DNA of 26,524 nt from IMG/VR virus record IMGVR_UViG_3300027467_000528, positions 1-26,524 of that record. One strand, 5' to 3'. Each line of letters starts with the position of its first letter. The first letter of the stretch is position 1. The position numbers and the translations under genes are program-made. Under the pieces are notes generated by a model that was given only the letters and a program-made list of their open reading frames with translations, made no database searches and was not told the origin of the DNA. Below, one piece after another: positions 1-6,914 of the stretch. This DNA comes from a virus. Its lineage: Duplodnaviria; Caudoviricetes.

Positions 1-373
1 CGTAGATCATCTATGGAATAAAACTATGGCATCTACGGCAACATCATGGCAGGATTCATACCCTCCATTTAATATCAGAGAAATTGATGAGGATACTCGT
101 GTGCTAGAACTGGCTACCGCTGGTTTTGCAAAAGACGAGATCTCTATCAAGATCGAAGATGATGTTGTAACAATCTCAGGAGAAAAAGCTAAGCAGGACG
201 AAGAGCCAAAATACCTACATAAGGGTATTGCAACTCGTAAGTTTGCTAAAACTATTACTCTTTGGGAGTATTGGGAAGTAGACTCTGCTGACTATAAGGA
301 TGGAATCCTCAATGTAGTTCTAAAAAGAGAGATTCCAGAAGAGAAAAAGCCTAGACAAATTAAGATCAAATAG
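1..373 (+). CDS. hsp20: Small heat-shock protein (Hsp20/IbpA-like), probably 5'-truncated by the window edge
   Basis: Alpha-crystallin motifs YPPFNI, LATAGF, YLHKGIATRKF, ADYKDGIL and the C-terminal IxI (QIKI). The frame is open from position 2 (VDHLWNKT...), so the true start probably lies upstream of the ATG at 26. Confidence 0.93.
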   Translation, partial: VDHLWNKTMASTATSWQDSYPPFNIREIDEDTRVLELATAGFAKDEISIKIEDDVVTISGEKAKQDEEPKYLHKGIATRKFAKTITLWEYWEVDSADYKDGILNVVLKREIPEEKKPRQIKIK

Positions 374-375
374 GC

Positions 376-381
376 TATAAT
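376..381 (+). promoter_or_regulatory. -10 element (TATAAT) upstream of the putative sRNA
   Basis: Perfect TATAAT directly after the hsp20 stop, about 5-6 nt before the first stem of the structured element. No clear -35. Confidence 0.5.
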
Positions 382-386
382 TAATA

Positions 387-483
387 TGTGCACCGCCGTG
401 TTACTTTCCGTTCTACCTTTCTTGCGGATAGCTTAGTGCGGGCATAAGGGCCCTGAGCATGGCCATGTAAACTGCTCATTTTT
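387..483 (+). ncRNA. Putative small structured RNA: long hairpin with pyrimidine loop, plus a 3' pseudoknot/terminator
   Basis: Manual pairing: 387-391/442-446, 393-396/438-441, 400-403/429-432 and 407-411/424-428, with loop UCUACCUUUCUU. Then GGCC 449-452/461-464, UGAGCA 454-459/UGCUCA 473-478 and a U5 tract. No ORF is listed here in the track. Confidence 0.5.
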
Positions 484-490
484 CTATTCC

Positions 491-499
491 TGATAGAAT
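491..499 (+). promoter_or_regulatory. Extended -10 promoter (TGATAGAAT) for the lysis genes
   Basis: TGn-TAGAAT upstream of the AAAGGAG RBS of ORF 542. Confidence 0.5.
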
Positions 500-541
500 A
501 GAGGTATATCCATTGAGGATATTTTAAAGGAGAAAACATAT

Positions 542-868
542 ATGTCAATCAATAAAGCAATGCTAGATTCATATGCCCGTAACCTTGCAGGTCAAGTAAT
601 CGGTGCAATTGTAATCGTAATGCAAACAGCAAATGTCGGATCACCAGTTGATTTTGGTTCATCTGAATGGCTACTTGTTGCAAATGCTCTTTGGTCTTCC
701 GCCGTTCCAACATTAATCCGTTGGGCGAATAAGAAGGATCCAGCATTTGGACGTGTAGCAACATCTGTAGTTAAAGAAGCTACAAAGAAGCTAGAAACAG
801 CAGCGACTGCTTCAGCCGCAAAGAAGACAGCAGCAAAGAAAACTGCAGCTAAGAAGACGGTGAAGTAG
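542..868 (+). CDS. Putative holin / small membrane protein with Lys-Ala-rich tail
   Basis: Two hydrophobic segments, a basic C-terminus with (AAKKT)x3, a strong AAGGAG RBS, and position directly upstream of the endolysin. Confidence 0.6.
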   Translation: MSINKAMLDSYARNLAGQVIGAIVIVMQTANVGSPVDFGSSEWLLVANALWSSAVPTLIRWANKKDPAFGRVATSVVKEATKKLETAATASAAKKTAAKKTAAKKTVK

Positions 869-870
869 TA

Positions 871-1668
871 GTGTCAGCAAAAGGCTCTCTAGAAGCAATC
901 ATTGAAGTTGCTAAAAAAGAAGTAGGAACTATCGAGGGACCTAAAGATAACGAAACCAAGTATGGTAAATGGACTGGTGCAAACTTCTTGCCTTGGTGCC
1001 AATCTTTCGTTTCATGGTGTGCATTTACTGCAGGCCTAGACGCAAAGAAGTACCCAAAGACTGCAGCAACCATTGCAGCTTCAGATTGGTTTAAGAAGAA
1101 TAATCGTTGGGCAGATGCTCGTAACGATGATCCTACACCAGGAGATTGGATTTATTTCGATTTCCCAGATGATGGAGTCAACAGAATTTCACACGTTGGA
1201 CTTTGCATCAAGAATAACGGTGATGGAACAATTCAAGTTATCGAAGGTAACACTTCAGGAACTGCTAAGGGCGATCAAAGAAATGGCGGAATGTGCGTAG
1301 AGAAAACTCGTGCATACGTAAAGAATAATAAGAAGAAACTAATTAACGCTGTAGTTGGTTGGGGACGTCCAGTTTATGCTGGAGAAGAAAACCTACCACT
1401 ACTATCTAAAGTTGGATCTTCTGACGCTCCAGCAGCACCTGCTGCGCCAGCGGCACCAAAAGCACCTGCTGTGCCAGCACAGTTCGTTGATCTTAAAGTT
1501 GGTGCAAAAGGACAAAAAGTAAAAGTTGTTCAAACTGCACTAAAACTTAAGGCTGACGGCGAGTTTGGTCCTGCAACAGAAAAAGCTGTAAAGGCTTATC
1601 AGAAGGCCAAAGGTCTTCCAGAGACTGGTATTGTTGATCAAAAAACATTCAAGGCTCTAAAGGGCTAA
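871..1668 (+). CDS. Endolysin: CHAP amidase/peptidase + Pro/Ala linker + PG_binding_1 domain
   Basis: CHAP motifs PWCQSFVSWC, HVG and IEGNT; APAAPAAP linker; C-terminal LKVGAKG..VKVVQ..L..DGEFGPATEKAVKAYQ..GL..TGIVD peptidoglycan-binding signature. GTG start. Confidence 0.9.
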   Translation: MSAKGSLEAIIEVAKKEVGTIEGPKDNETKYGKWTGANFLPWCQSFVSWCAFTAGLDAKKYPKTAATIAASDWFKKNNRWADARNDDPTPGDWIYFDFPDDGVNRISHVGLCIKNNGDGTIQVIEGNTSGTAKGDQRNGGMCVEKTRAYVKNNKKKLINAVVGWGRPVYAGEENLPLLSKVGSSDAPAAPAAPAAPKAPAVPAQFVDLKVGAKGQKVKVVQTALKLKADGEFGPATEKAVKAYQKAKGLPETGIVDQKTFKALKG

Positions 1669-1676
1669 TAAGCTCT

Positions 1677-1718
1677 AAAAAAATATCCCCTAGGAGAAAT
1701 CCTGGGGGATTATTTTTT
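1677..1718. terminator. Bidirectional rho-independent terminator
   Basis: Stem ATCCCCTAGGA 1685-1695 / TCCTGGGGGAT 1700-1710 with a GAAA loop, A-tract on the left and T-tract on the right, between convergent genes. Confidence 0.88.
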
Positions 1719-1899
1719 AATACTCTTCGTCTTCGAAGTCATCCTCGTATTCTTCTGCCTTTTCAGTTGACACCTCTAACACCTCTGTGTTTTCAGCAGA
1801 ACCGAGAAGATCGAAAGAATCGATGATGGAATCAATATTGTCGACTTTGTTGATATCTACTTCTAGATTCAATGTTACGAAATATTTAGGCATCTTCAT
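1717..1899 (-). CDS. Small acidic hypothetical protein (start may be 1893)
   Basis: Last gene of an overlapping leftward three-gene run, ends at the terminator, very acidic C-terminus. Confidence 0.65.
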   Translation of the reverse strand: MKMPKYFVTLNLEVDINKVDNIDSIIDSFDLLGSAENTEVLEVSTEKAEEYEDDFEDEEY

Positions 1900-2071
1900 C
1901 CTCCACTAGTGATGGCGGTGGTGTAAGGATCTTACCTTCTGCATGAAGATTTCTAATCTCTAAGGCTTCTTCGCCCTTACCAACACCGTCGGCTATAATC
2001 ATAAGCATATCATACACTCTTGATAGTTGTATATAGATTCCAAGTAAAATATTATCGTTTTCTTCAGCCAT
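1886..2071 (-). CDS. Small hypothetical protein
   Basis: Overlaps both neighbours in operon fashion; plausible composition. Confidence 0.65.
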   Translation of the reverse strand: MAEENDNILLGIYIQLSRVYDMLMIIADGVGKGEEALEIRNLHAEGKILTPPPSLVEDEDA

Positions 2072-2276
2072 TTAATTCTCGTTCCATTGTTTTATATGTG
2101 TCCAGTCCTATATACACTCTATCATTACATTCTAGGCAAAACAGGTACACACCGTTATCGTCAAAACCAGAAAGTAGCTTGACACTGCACGAAACATTAT
2201 GTGAAAAGTCTGTGCGAGTATCAAGCCACTGTCTTACGACTCTGATATCAATTACCCCAGTGTTATCTATTTGCAT
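2064..2276 (-). CDS. Small hypothetical protein, possible zinc-binding
   Basis: His/Cys plus CLEC motif; preceded by an extended -10 at leaderless spacing. Confidence 0.65.
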   Translation of the reverse strand: MQIDNTGVIDIRVVRQWLDTRTDFSHNVSCSVKLLSGFDDNGVYLFCLECNDRVYIGLDTYKTMERELNG

Positions 2277-2282
2277 AGATTA

Positions 2283-2291
2283 ACTGTATCA
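2283..2291 (-). promoter_or_regulatory. Extended -10 (TGATACAGT), leaderless spacing
   Basis: The minus strand reads TGATACAGT-taatct-ATG(2276). Confidence 0.5.
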
Positions 2292-2308
2292 TTTGATTTT
2301 ACCGAATG

Positions 2309-2932
2309 TCAAGCTTCGACTGGTATTTTATAAGGGGTTAGATCCACTTTAGGGAAGTTAAGTACCCATGTTTTGGCTTTCTGGATTGAATTAGTCCATG
2401 AGGACCAATCTTCTCCACCCTTAGACATATGAAATGCAACTTCTGCATTGGTAACTGGATTTAGCAACTCCTTATTGCTATCAAGCCCGAACTTCTTAAG
2501 ACGCTCTGGCCCTAGGCTTCCAATCATATTGATTTGGAAAATCCCGTAAGAACTATCTCCAGTCTTTGTATTACCATTATATGCCACGGGGCGGCCATTG
2601 GACTCCGTTTTTGCGATAGCCCAGGCCTTCTTAAGCTCATTACCTTCAAAGCCTACTAAATACAATAAAATAGCAAGGTCTTCGTCAGTTAACTTCTTAG
2701 CCTTTTTAAATTGCTCAAGCTTATTAGTTCTAGCTTTCACAATTTCCATGGTTTTCTTTAAAGATTCAAGGTACTCCTGATATTCACGAGTAGTCTTTAA
2801 ATCTTCTAAGTTACTTACCTTTTTTAACGGTTCTTTTGTATATCTACTAAAATCTATACTAGGAGTAATATTAATTCCTAATATAAATATTAATAAATAA
2901 CTAAGTAACCTAATACTTAGGTTTTTACTCAT
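2309..2932 (-). CDS. Membrane-anchored lysozyme-like / lytic transglycosylase (SLT-type) protein
   Basis: N-terminal hydrophobic anchor; catalytic AIAKTES; YGIFQIN; LLNPVTNA; GGEDWSSW. Confidence 0.85.
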   Translation of the reverse strand: MSKNLSIRLLSYLLIFILGINITPSIDFSRYTKEPLKKVSNLEDLKTTREYQEYLESLKKTMEIVKARTNKLEQFKKAKKLTDEDLAILLYLVGFEGNELKKAWAIAKTESNGRPVAYNGNTKTGDSSYGIFQINMIGSLGPERLKKFGLDSNKELLNPVTNAEVAFHMSKGGEDWSSWTNSIQKAKTWVLNFPKVDLTPYKIPVEA

Positions 2933-2938
2933 ATTATT

Positions 2939-2967
2939 ATAATAACCTCTTTCTTGTACCTTGTCAA
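2939..2967 (-). promoter_or_regulatory. Sigma70-type promoter TTGACA-N17-TATTAT, leaderless
   Basis: The minus strand has TTGACA (2967-2962), 17 nt, TATTAT (2944-2939), 6 nt, then ATG at 2932. Confidence 0.7.
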
Positions 2968-2990
2968 GACTTTTTTTTAAAAAATCTTTG

Positions 2991-2999
2991 TGATATACT
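2991..2999 (+). promoter_or_regulatory. Extended -10 (TGATATACT)
   Basis: Upstream of the GAAAGGTAG RBS and TTG start of the glycosyltransferase. The same 9-mer occurs at 13836-13844. Confidence 0.6.
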
Positions 3000-3030
3000 G
3001 AAAATATTCTGAAGCGAAAGGTAGTACCCC

Positions 3031-4011
3031 TTGCATATAAGTTTTTTTACATCCGAATCTGGATATAATCCCGCCGTTGGATACGGCCAGGCCAGCATGG
3101 GCATAATCACTTCCCTTCAGAAATTAGGTCATTTGGTCACTCCAAACAACGCTAAAGCTGATCTTCAGCTCAATTTCATATCACCCATCGCATACAAATA
3201 CAACAGGCCCACTCAATATACTATCGGATATACACCCTGGGAGTCAACCCTTTTGCCTCATTTCTGGAAAGAAAATATGAATCGGTGTGATGAAGTATGG
3301 GCTACATGCGCTTTCAATGCTTGGGTATATAAAGAGCAGGGTGTAACAAGACCAATAAAGATTTATAAGCATGGACTGCATGACGTATGGAAGAATTCTA
3401 CAAAAAGAACTGTTGGATCAAAGTTTAGATTTTTACACATTGGTGAACCATCAGAGAGAAAAGGTGGAAGTTTAACTGTAAAAACATTTATAGAAACATT
3501 TGGAAATAACCCTGATGTCGAATTAACTGTAAAGTGTCATGAGACAAGTACAATAAGGGTTTATGATATGTTTGGCGAAAGAGTTGATTTCTCTAAATAT
3601 CCTAATATTAAGTTTGTCTCAAAAGAAATGTCTGATGAAGAGTTGGTTATGCTTATGCATTCCCATCACTGTTTGATCTACCCGTCCTATGGAGAGGGTT
3701 TTGGTTTTATTCCTATTCAAGCAATGGCGACGGGAATGCCAGTAATTTGCACAGAGGCTTGGGCACCATATAAAGAATTTATAACCCTAAAGCTACAGTC
3801 AACACTTGGAGATTCTCCTTGGCCATTAATGCTTCCAGGAAAAATGTTTCATCCAGATGTCGACCACTTAAAATATTTAATGACAGAAGTTGTTTATAAA
3901 TATGATCAGTATGTTGAAACTGCCCTGAGTAATCTAGATGAAATGTATAAACAATATGATTGGCTTACCTTAACCGAAAAAGCTTTTTCCCATTTAAAAA
4001 ACATTGCATAA
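3031..4011 (+). CDS. Glycosyltransferase, GT-B fold (family 4-like)
   Basis: GYTPWES, FRFLHIG...RKG, PSYGEGFGFIPIQAMATGMPVI. TTG start with RBS GAAAGG. Confidence 0.9.
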   Translation: MHISFFTSESGYNPAVGYGQASMGIITSLQKLGHLVTPNNAKADLQLNFISPIAYKYNRPTQYTIGYTPWESTLLPHFWKENMNRCDEVWATCAFNAWVYKEQGVTRPIKIYKHGLHDVWKNSTKRTVGSKFRFLHIGEPSERKGGSLTVKTFIETFGNNPDVELTVKCHETSTIRVYDMFGERVDFSKYPNIKFVSKEMSDEELVMLMHSHHCLIYPSYGEGFGFIPIQAMATGMPVICTEAWAPYKEFITLKLQSTLGDSPWPLMLPGKMFHPDVDHLKYLMTEVVYKYDQYVETALSNLDEMYKQYDWLTLTEKAFSHLKNIA

Positions 4012-4036
4012 ACACTTCCGCACTCGTAAAAGCTTG

Positions 4037-4045
4037 TGGTAAGAT
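4037..4045 (+). promoter_or_regulatory. Extended -10 (TGGTAAGAT) for RNR
   Basis: TGn-TAnnAT in the intergenic region upstream of the RNR gene. Confidence 0.45.
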
Positions 4046-4103
4046 TATATCTCAACAAAAAATTTATTAAGTGCCAGAAGGCACTAGAAGGAGTTTCACA
4101 AAA

Positions 4104-6038
4104 ATGTCGTTACCATCACCTTATCAGGAATTTATTGCTCTATCTCGCTATGCAAGATATATAGAGTCAGAGAATCGTAGAGAAACCTGGGGTGAAACTG
4201 TAGATCGATATTTTGGATTCATGACAAACCACTTAGGTAAAAATCATGGATATACTCCAAAGCCAGAACTGCTTAAAGAACTTCGTGAAGCAGTTTATAA
4301 TCTTGACATCATGCCATCAATGCGTTCTGTCATGACTGCTGGAGCAGCACTTGAAAGAGATAATGTAGCAGGATACAATTGCTCATTTGTTCCAGTAGAT
4401 TCACCAAGATCATTTGATGAAACAATGTATATTCTAATGTGTGGTACAGGTGTTGGATTCTCTGTAGAGTATAAGTACATCAATAAACTTCCCGCCGTTC
4501 CAGAGAAGCTAGAAAAGACAACAACTACAATTGTAGTAGAAGATTCTAAGCAGGGTTGGGCAAAGGCATACAAGGAACTACTTGCTATGTTGTGGGCAGG
4601 ACAGATTCCAGTAATTGATGTTTCTAAGTTGCGTCCAGCAGGAGCTAGACTTAAGACAATGGGTGGACGTTCATCTGGACCACAGCCACTAGTTAACCTT
4701 TTTGATTTTACAATTGCAAAGTTTAAGAATGCAACTGGTCGTCAACTAAAGCCAATTGAATGCCATGACATTATGTGCAAGATTGGTGAGATTGTTGTAG
4801 TGGGTGGCGTTCGTCGTTCTGCTATGATTTCTCTTTCAAACATTAACGACATTGAAATGGCACAAGCAAAAACTGGTAACTGGTGGGAGAACAATTCACA
4901 ACGTGCACTCTCAAACAACTCAGTTGCATATTCTCGTAAGCCAGAGATGGAACAGTTTATTGCTGAATGGAAGAATCTCTATGACTCAAAGTCAGGAGAG
5001 CGTGGTATTTACAATGTTGCTGCAGCACAGAAGCAAGCATCTCGATGGGGTCGCAGAGATCCAGAGATACATTACGGTACGAATCCTTGCTCAGAAATTA
5101 TTCTTCGTCCATACCAATTCTGCAACTTGTCAGAAGTTGTTATTCGTGAGCATGACACAAAAGAGACAATTGCTAACAAGGTAAGACTAGCTACAATCCT
5201 TGGCACATGGCAATCTACTCTTACAGACTTTAAGTATCTTCGTAAGATCTGGAAAGATAATACAGAAGAAGAAAGACTACTAGGAGTTTCCCTAACAGGC
5301 CAGTTTGGACATAAGTTCATGTCTGGAAAGGAAAACCTAAAAGATCTAGAAGGATTCCTAGAAAGACTTCGTGAGTATGCTCGTGAAATCAATACAGAGG
5401 AAGCGGCATCAATCAATATTCCTGCTTCCGCAGCGATTACTTGCGTAAAGCCTTCTGGAACCGTCTCACAACTTGTAGGCGTATCTTCAGGAATGCACCC
5501 ATGGCACAGCGAATATTATGTTCGTACAGTAAGAGCGGACAATAAAGATCCTCTTACAGAGCTAATGAAGGCATATGAAGTTCCAAATGAGCCAGACTTT
5601 ATGAAGCCAGACTCTACAACAGTATTTTCATTCCCAGTAAAGGCACCAGAGGGCGCAATTATTAGAAATGACCTAACTGCTATTGACCACCTAAATATTT
5701 GGTTGGTATATCAGAGAGCATGGTGTGAGCATAAGCCATCAATCACTGTTTCAGTTCGTGATGACGAGTGGATGGCAGTAGGCGCATGGGTATACGAACA
5801 CTTTGATGAGGTATCTGGAATTTCATTCCTACCTTACTCAGACCATACCTATAAGCAAGCACCTTACCAAGAATGTTCTGAGGTTGAGTATTTAGAGCTA
5901 TTGGCTAAAATGCCTTCAGGCATTAATTGGTCAGATTTGGCTTTTTATGAGAAGGAAGACATGACTTCTGGAAGCCAGACCTTCGCTTGCAGCGCAGATA
6001 ACTGCGAAGTAGTAGACCTAACCACTACATCAGCATAG
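4104..6038 (+). CDS. nrdJ: Class II adenosylcobalamin-dependent ribonucleotide reductase (monomeric RTPR type)
   Basis: YNCSF, GTGVGFS, GGVRRSA, TNPCSEI, TCVKPSGT and C-terminal CSADNC redox pair; no small-subunit gene nearby. Start moved to ATG 4104, which follows AGAAGGAG. Confidence 0.93.
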   Translation: MSLPSPYQEFIALSRYARYIESENRRETWGETVDRYFGFMTNHLGKNHGYTPKPELLKELREAVYNLDIMPSMRSVMTAGAALERDNVAGYNCSFVPVDSPRSFDETMYILMCGTGVGFSVEYKYINKLPAVPEKLEKTTTTIVVEDSKQGWAKAYKELLAMLWAGQIPVIDVSKLRPAGARLKTMGGRSSGPQPLVNLFDFTIAKFKNATGRQLKPIECHDIMCKIGEIVVVGGVRRSAMISLSNINDIEMAQAKTGNWWENNSQRALSNNSVAYSRKPEMEQFIAEWKNLYDSKSGERGIYNVAAAQKQASRWGRRDPEIHYGTNPCSEIILRPYQFCNLSEVVIREHDTKETIANKVRLATILGTWQSTLTDFKYLRKIWKDNTEEERLLGVSLTGQFGHKFMSGKENLKDLEGFLERLREYAREINTEEAASINIPASAAITCVKPSGTVSQLVGVSSGMHPWHSEYYVRTVRADNKDPLTELMKAYEVPNEPDFMKPDSTTVFSFPVKAPEGAIIRNDLTAIDHLNIWLVYQRAWCEHKPSITVSVRDDEWMAVGAWVYEHFDEVSGISFLPYSDHTYKQAPYQECSEVEYLELLAKMPSGINWSDLAFYEKEDMTSGSQTFACSADNCEVVDLTTTSA

Positions 6039-6049
6039 AACTGTTTTTG

Positions 6050-6058
6050 TGATAAAAT
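6050..6058 (+). promoter_or_regulatory. Extended -10 (TGATAAAAT) for the structural gene block
   Basis: TGn-TAAAAT followed by GGAGGG RBS and ATG 6084. Confidence 0.55.
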
Positions 6059-6083
6059 TGAATTAATCTGGAGGGATTAATTA

Positions 6084-6434
6084 ATGGCTGGTATTAAAAA
6101 TTTTAAGGTAGATCAATCTACCAACTTTACCTTTACCATTATTTATAAAGATCCCGACGGAGATCCAATTGATTTAACACAGTATCGTGTATTTATGGAT
6201 ATCAAATCTGCACCAGGCTCAAAGAAAGTATTAGCTTCTTTGACTCAAGGTAATGGCATTACTGTTACTCCCCTCCAGGGAAAAATTGAAGTTAATGCTA
6301 CTCCAGACAAAACATCAAAGTTTGCATATCCAAAATCAGCATACGATTTAGTTGTTGAACATATACCAACAGGCCAGCTCACAAGACTTGTGGAAGGTTG
6401 GCTAGAAGTTTCTAGGGCGGTGACAGTAGTCTAA
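6084..6434 (+). CDS. Virion structural protein (BppU-N-like baseplate/fibre adaptor)
   Basis: DQSTNF...PIDLTQY...YDL...RLVEG pattern typical of phage Ig-like adaptor proteins at the start of fibre clusters. Confidence 0.6.
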   Translation: MAGIKNFKVDQSTNFTFTIIYKDPDGDPIDLTQYRVFMDIKSAPGSKKVLASLTQGNGITVTPLQGKIEVNATPDKTSKFAYPKSAYDLVVEHIPTGQLTRLVEGWLEVSRAVTVV

Positions 6435-6889
6435 TGGTAAATTATATTGATAATTCTAATATTATCGACATTACCACAACAGAGAATGATGTAATCATCT
6501 CTGATACTGGGCAACCAGGTCCTAGAGGTAAATCAATCCTAAGTGGAACCCAGACACCAACTTCAACATTTCCAGCAGATGCAGTAGAAGGAGATTTCTA
6601 CCTCAAGCTGCCAGACTACTTAATGTATGGTCCACGCACCTATTCAGGAAACTGGGGAACTCCAGTTGATCTATTTACCCTCCCAGAGTCAGTATATGCC
6701 TACGAGCAATTAATCTCGTCTACAACATGGACTATCCCATTTTCAATGCATAAATTGGCCTTTAAGCCAAACGTTACCGTAGTAGATAATAATGGAAACC
6801 AAGTGGAAGGGCATGTCCAGTACCAGAATGATAATACTGTTATAATTAGTTTTGCGGCAGAGTTTTCTGGGAAGGCATATCTGTCGTAA
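6434..6889 (+). CDS. Tail-fibre-associated protein
   Basis: Short collagen-like GQPGPRG, a GDFYL motif, and a C-terminal HKL..PNVTVVD domain resembling the THNLG..VTVQVYD end of the next gene. TAATG coupling. Confidence 0.6.
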   Translation: MVNYIDNSNIIDITTTENDVIISDTGQPGPRGKSILSGTQTPTSTFPADAVEGDFYLKLPDYLMYGPRTYSGNWGTPVDLFTLPESVYAYEQLISSTTWTIPFSMHKLAFKPNVTVVDNNGNQVEGHVQYQNDNTVIISFAAEFSGKAYLS

Positions 6890-6914
6890 TTTGAAAAACC
6901 TAGGAGTTATATAA

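Noticed and set aside
387-483. tRNA or hammerhead ribozyme reading of the structured element
   Set aside because: There is no cloverleaf, T-loop or CCA. CUGAGCA/UAAAC does not match the CUGAUGA/GAAA core with three stems.
2966-2988. T8-A6 quasi-palindrome between the divergent promoters
   Set aside because: It is low-complexity AT sequence, adequately explained as a shared UP-like element, with no evidence for a distinct operator.
4104-6038. Intron or intein in the RNR gene
   Set aside because: The ORF is continuous, of normal length for a monomeric class II enzyme, and shows no splicing or homing-endonuclease motifs.
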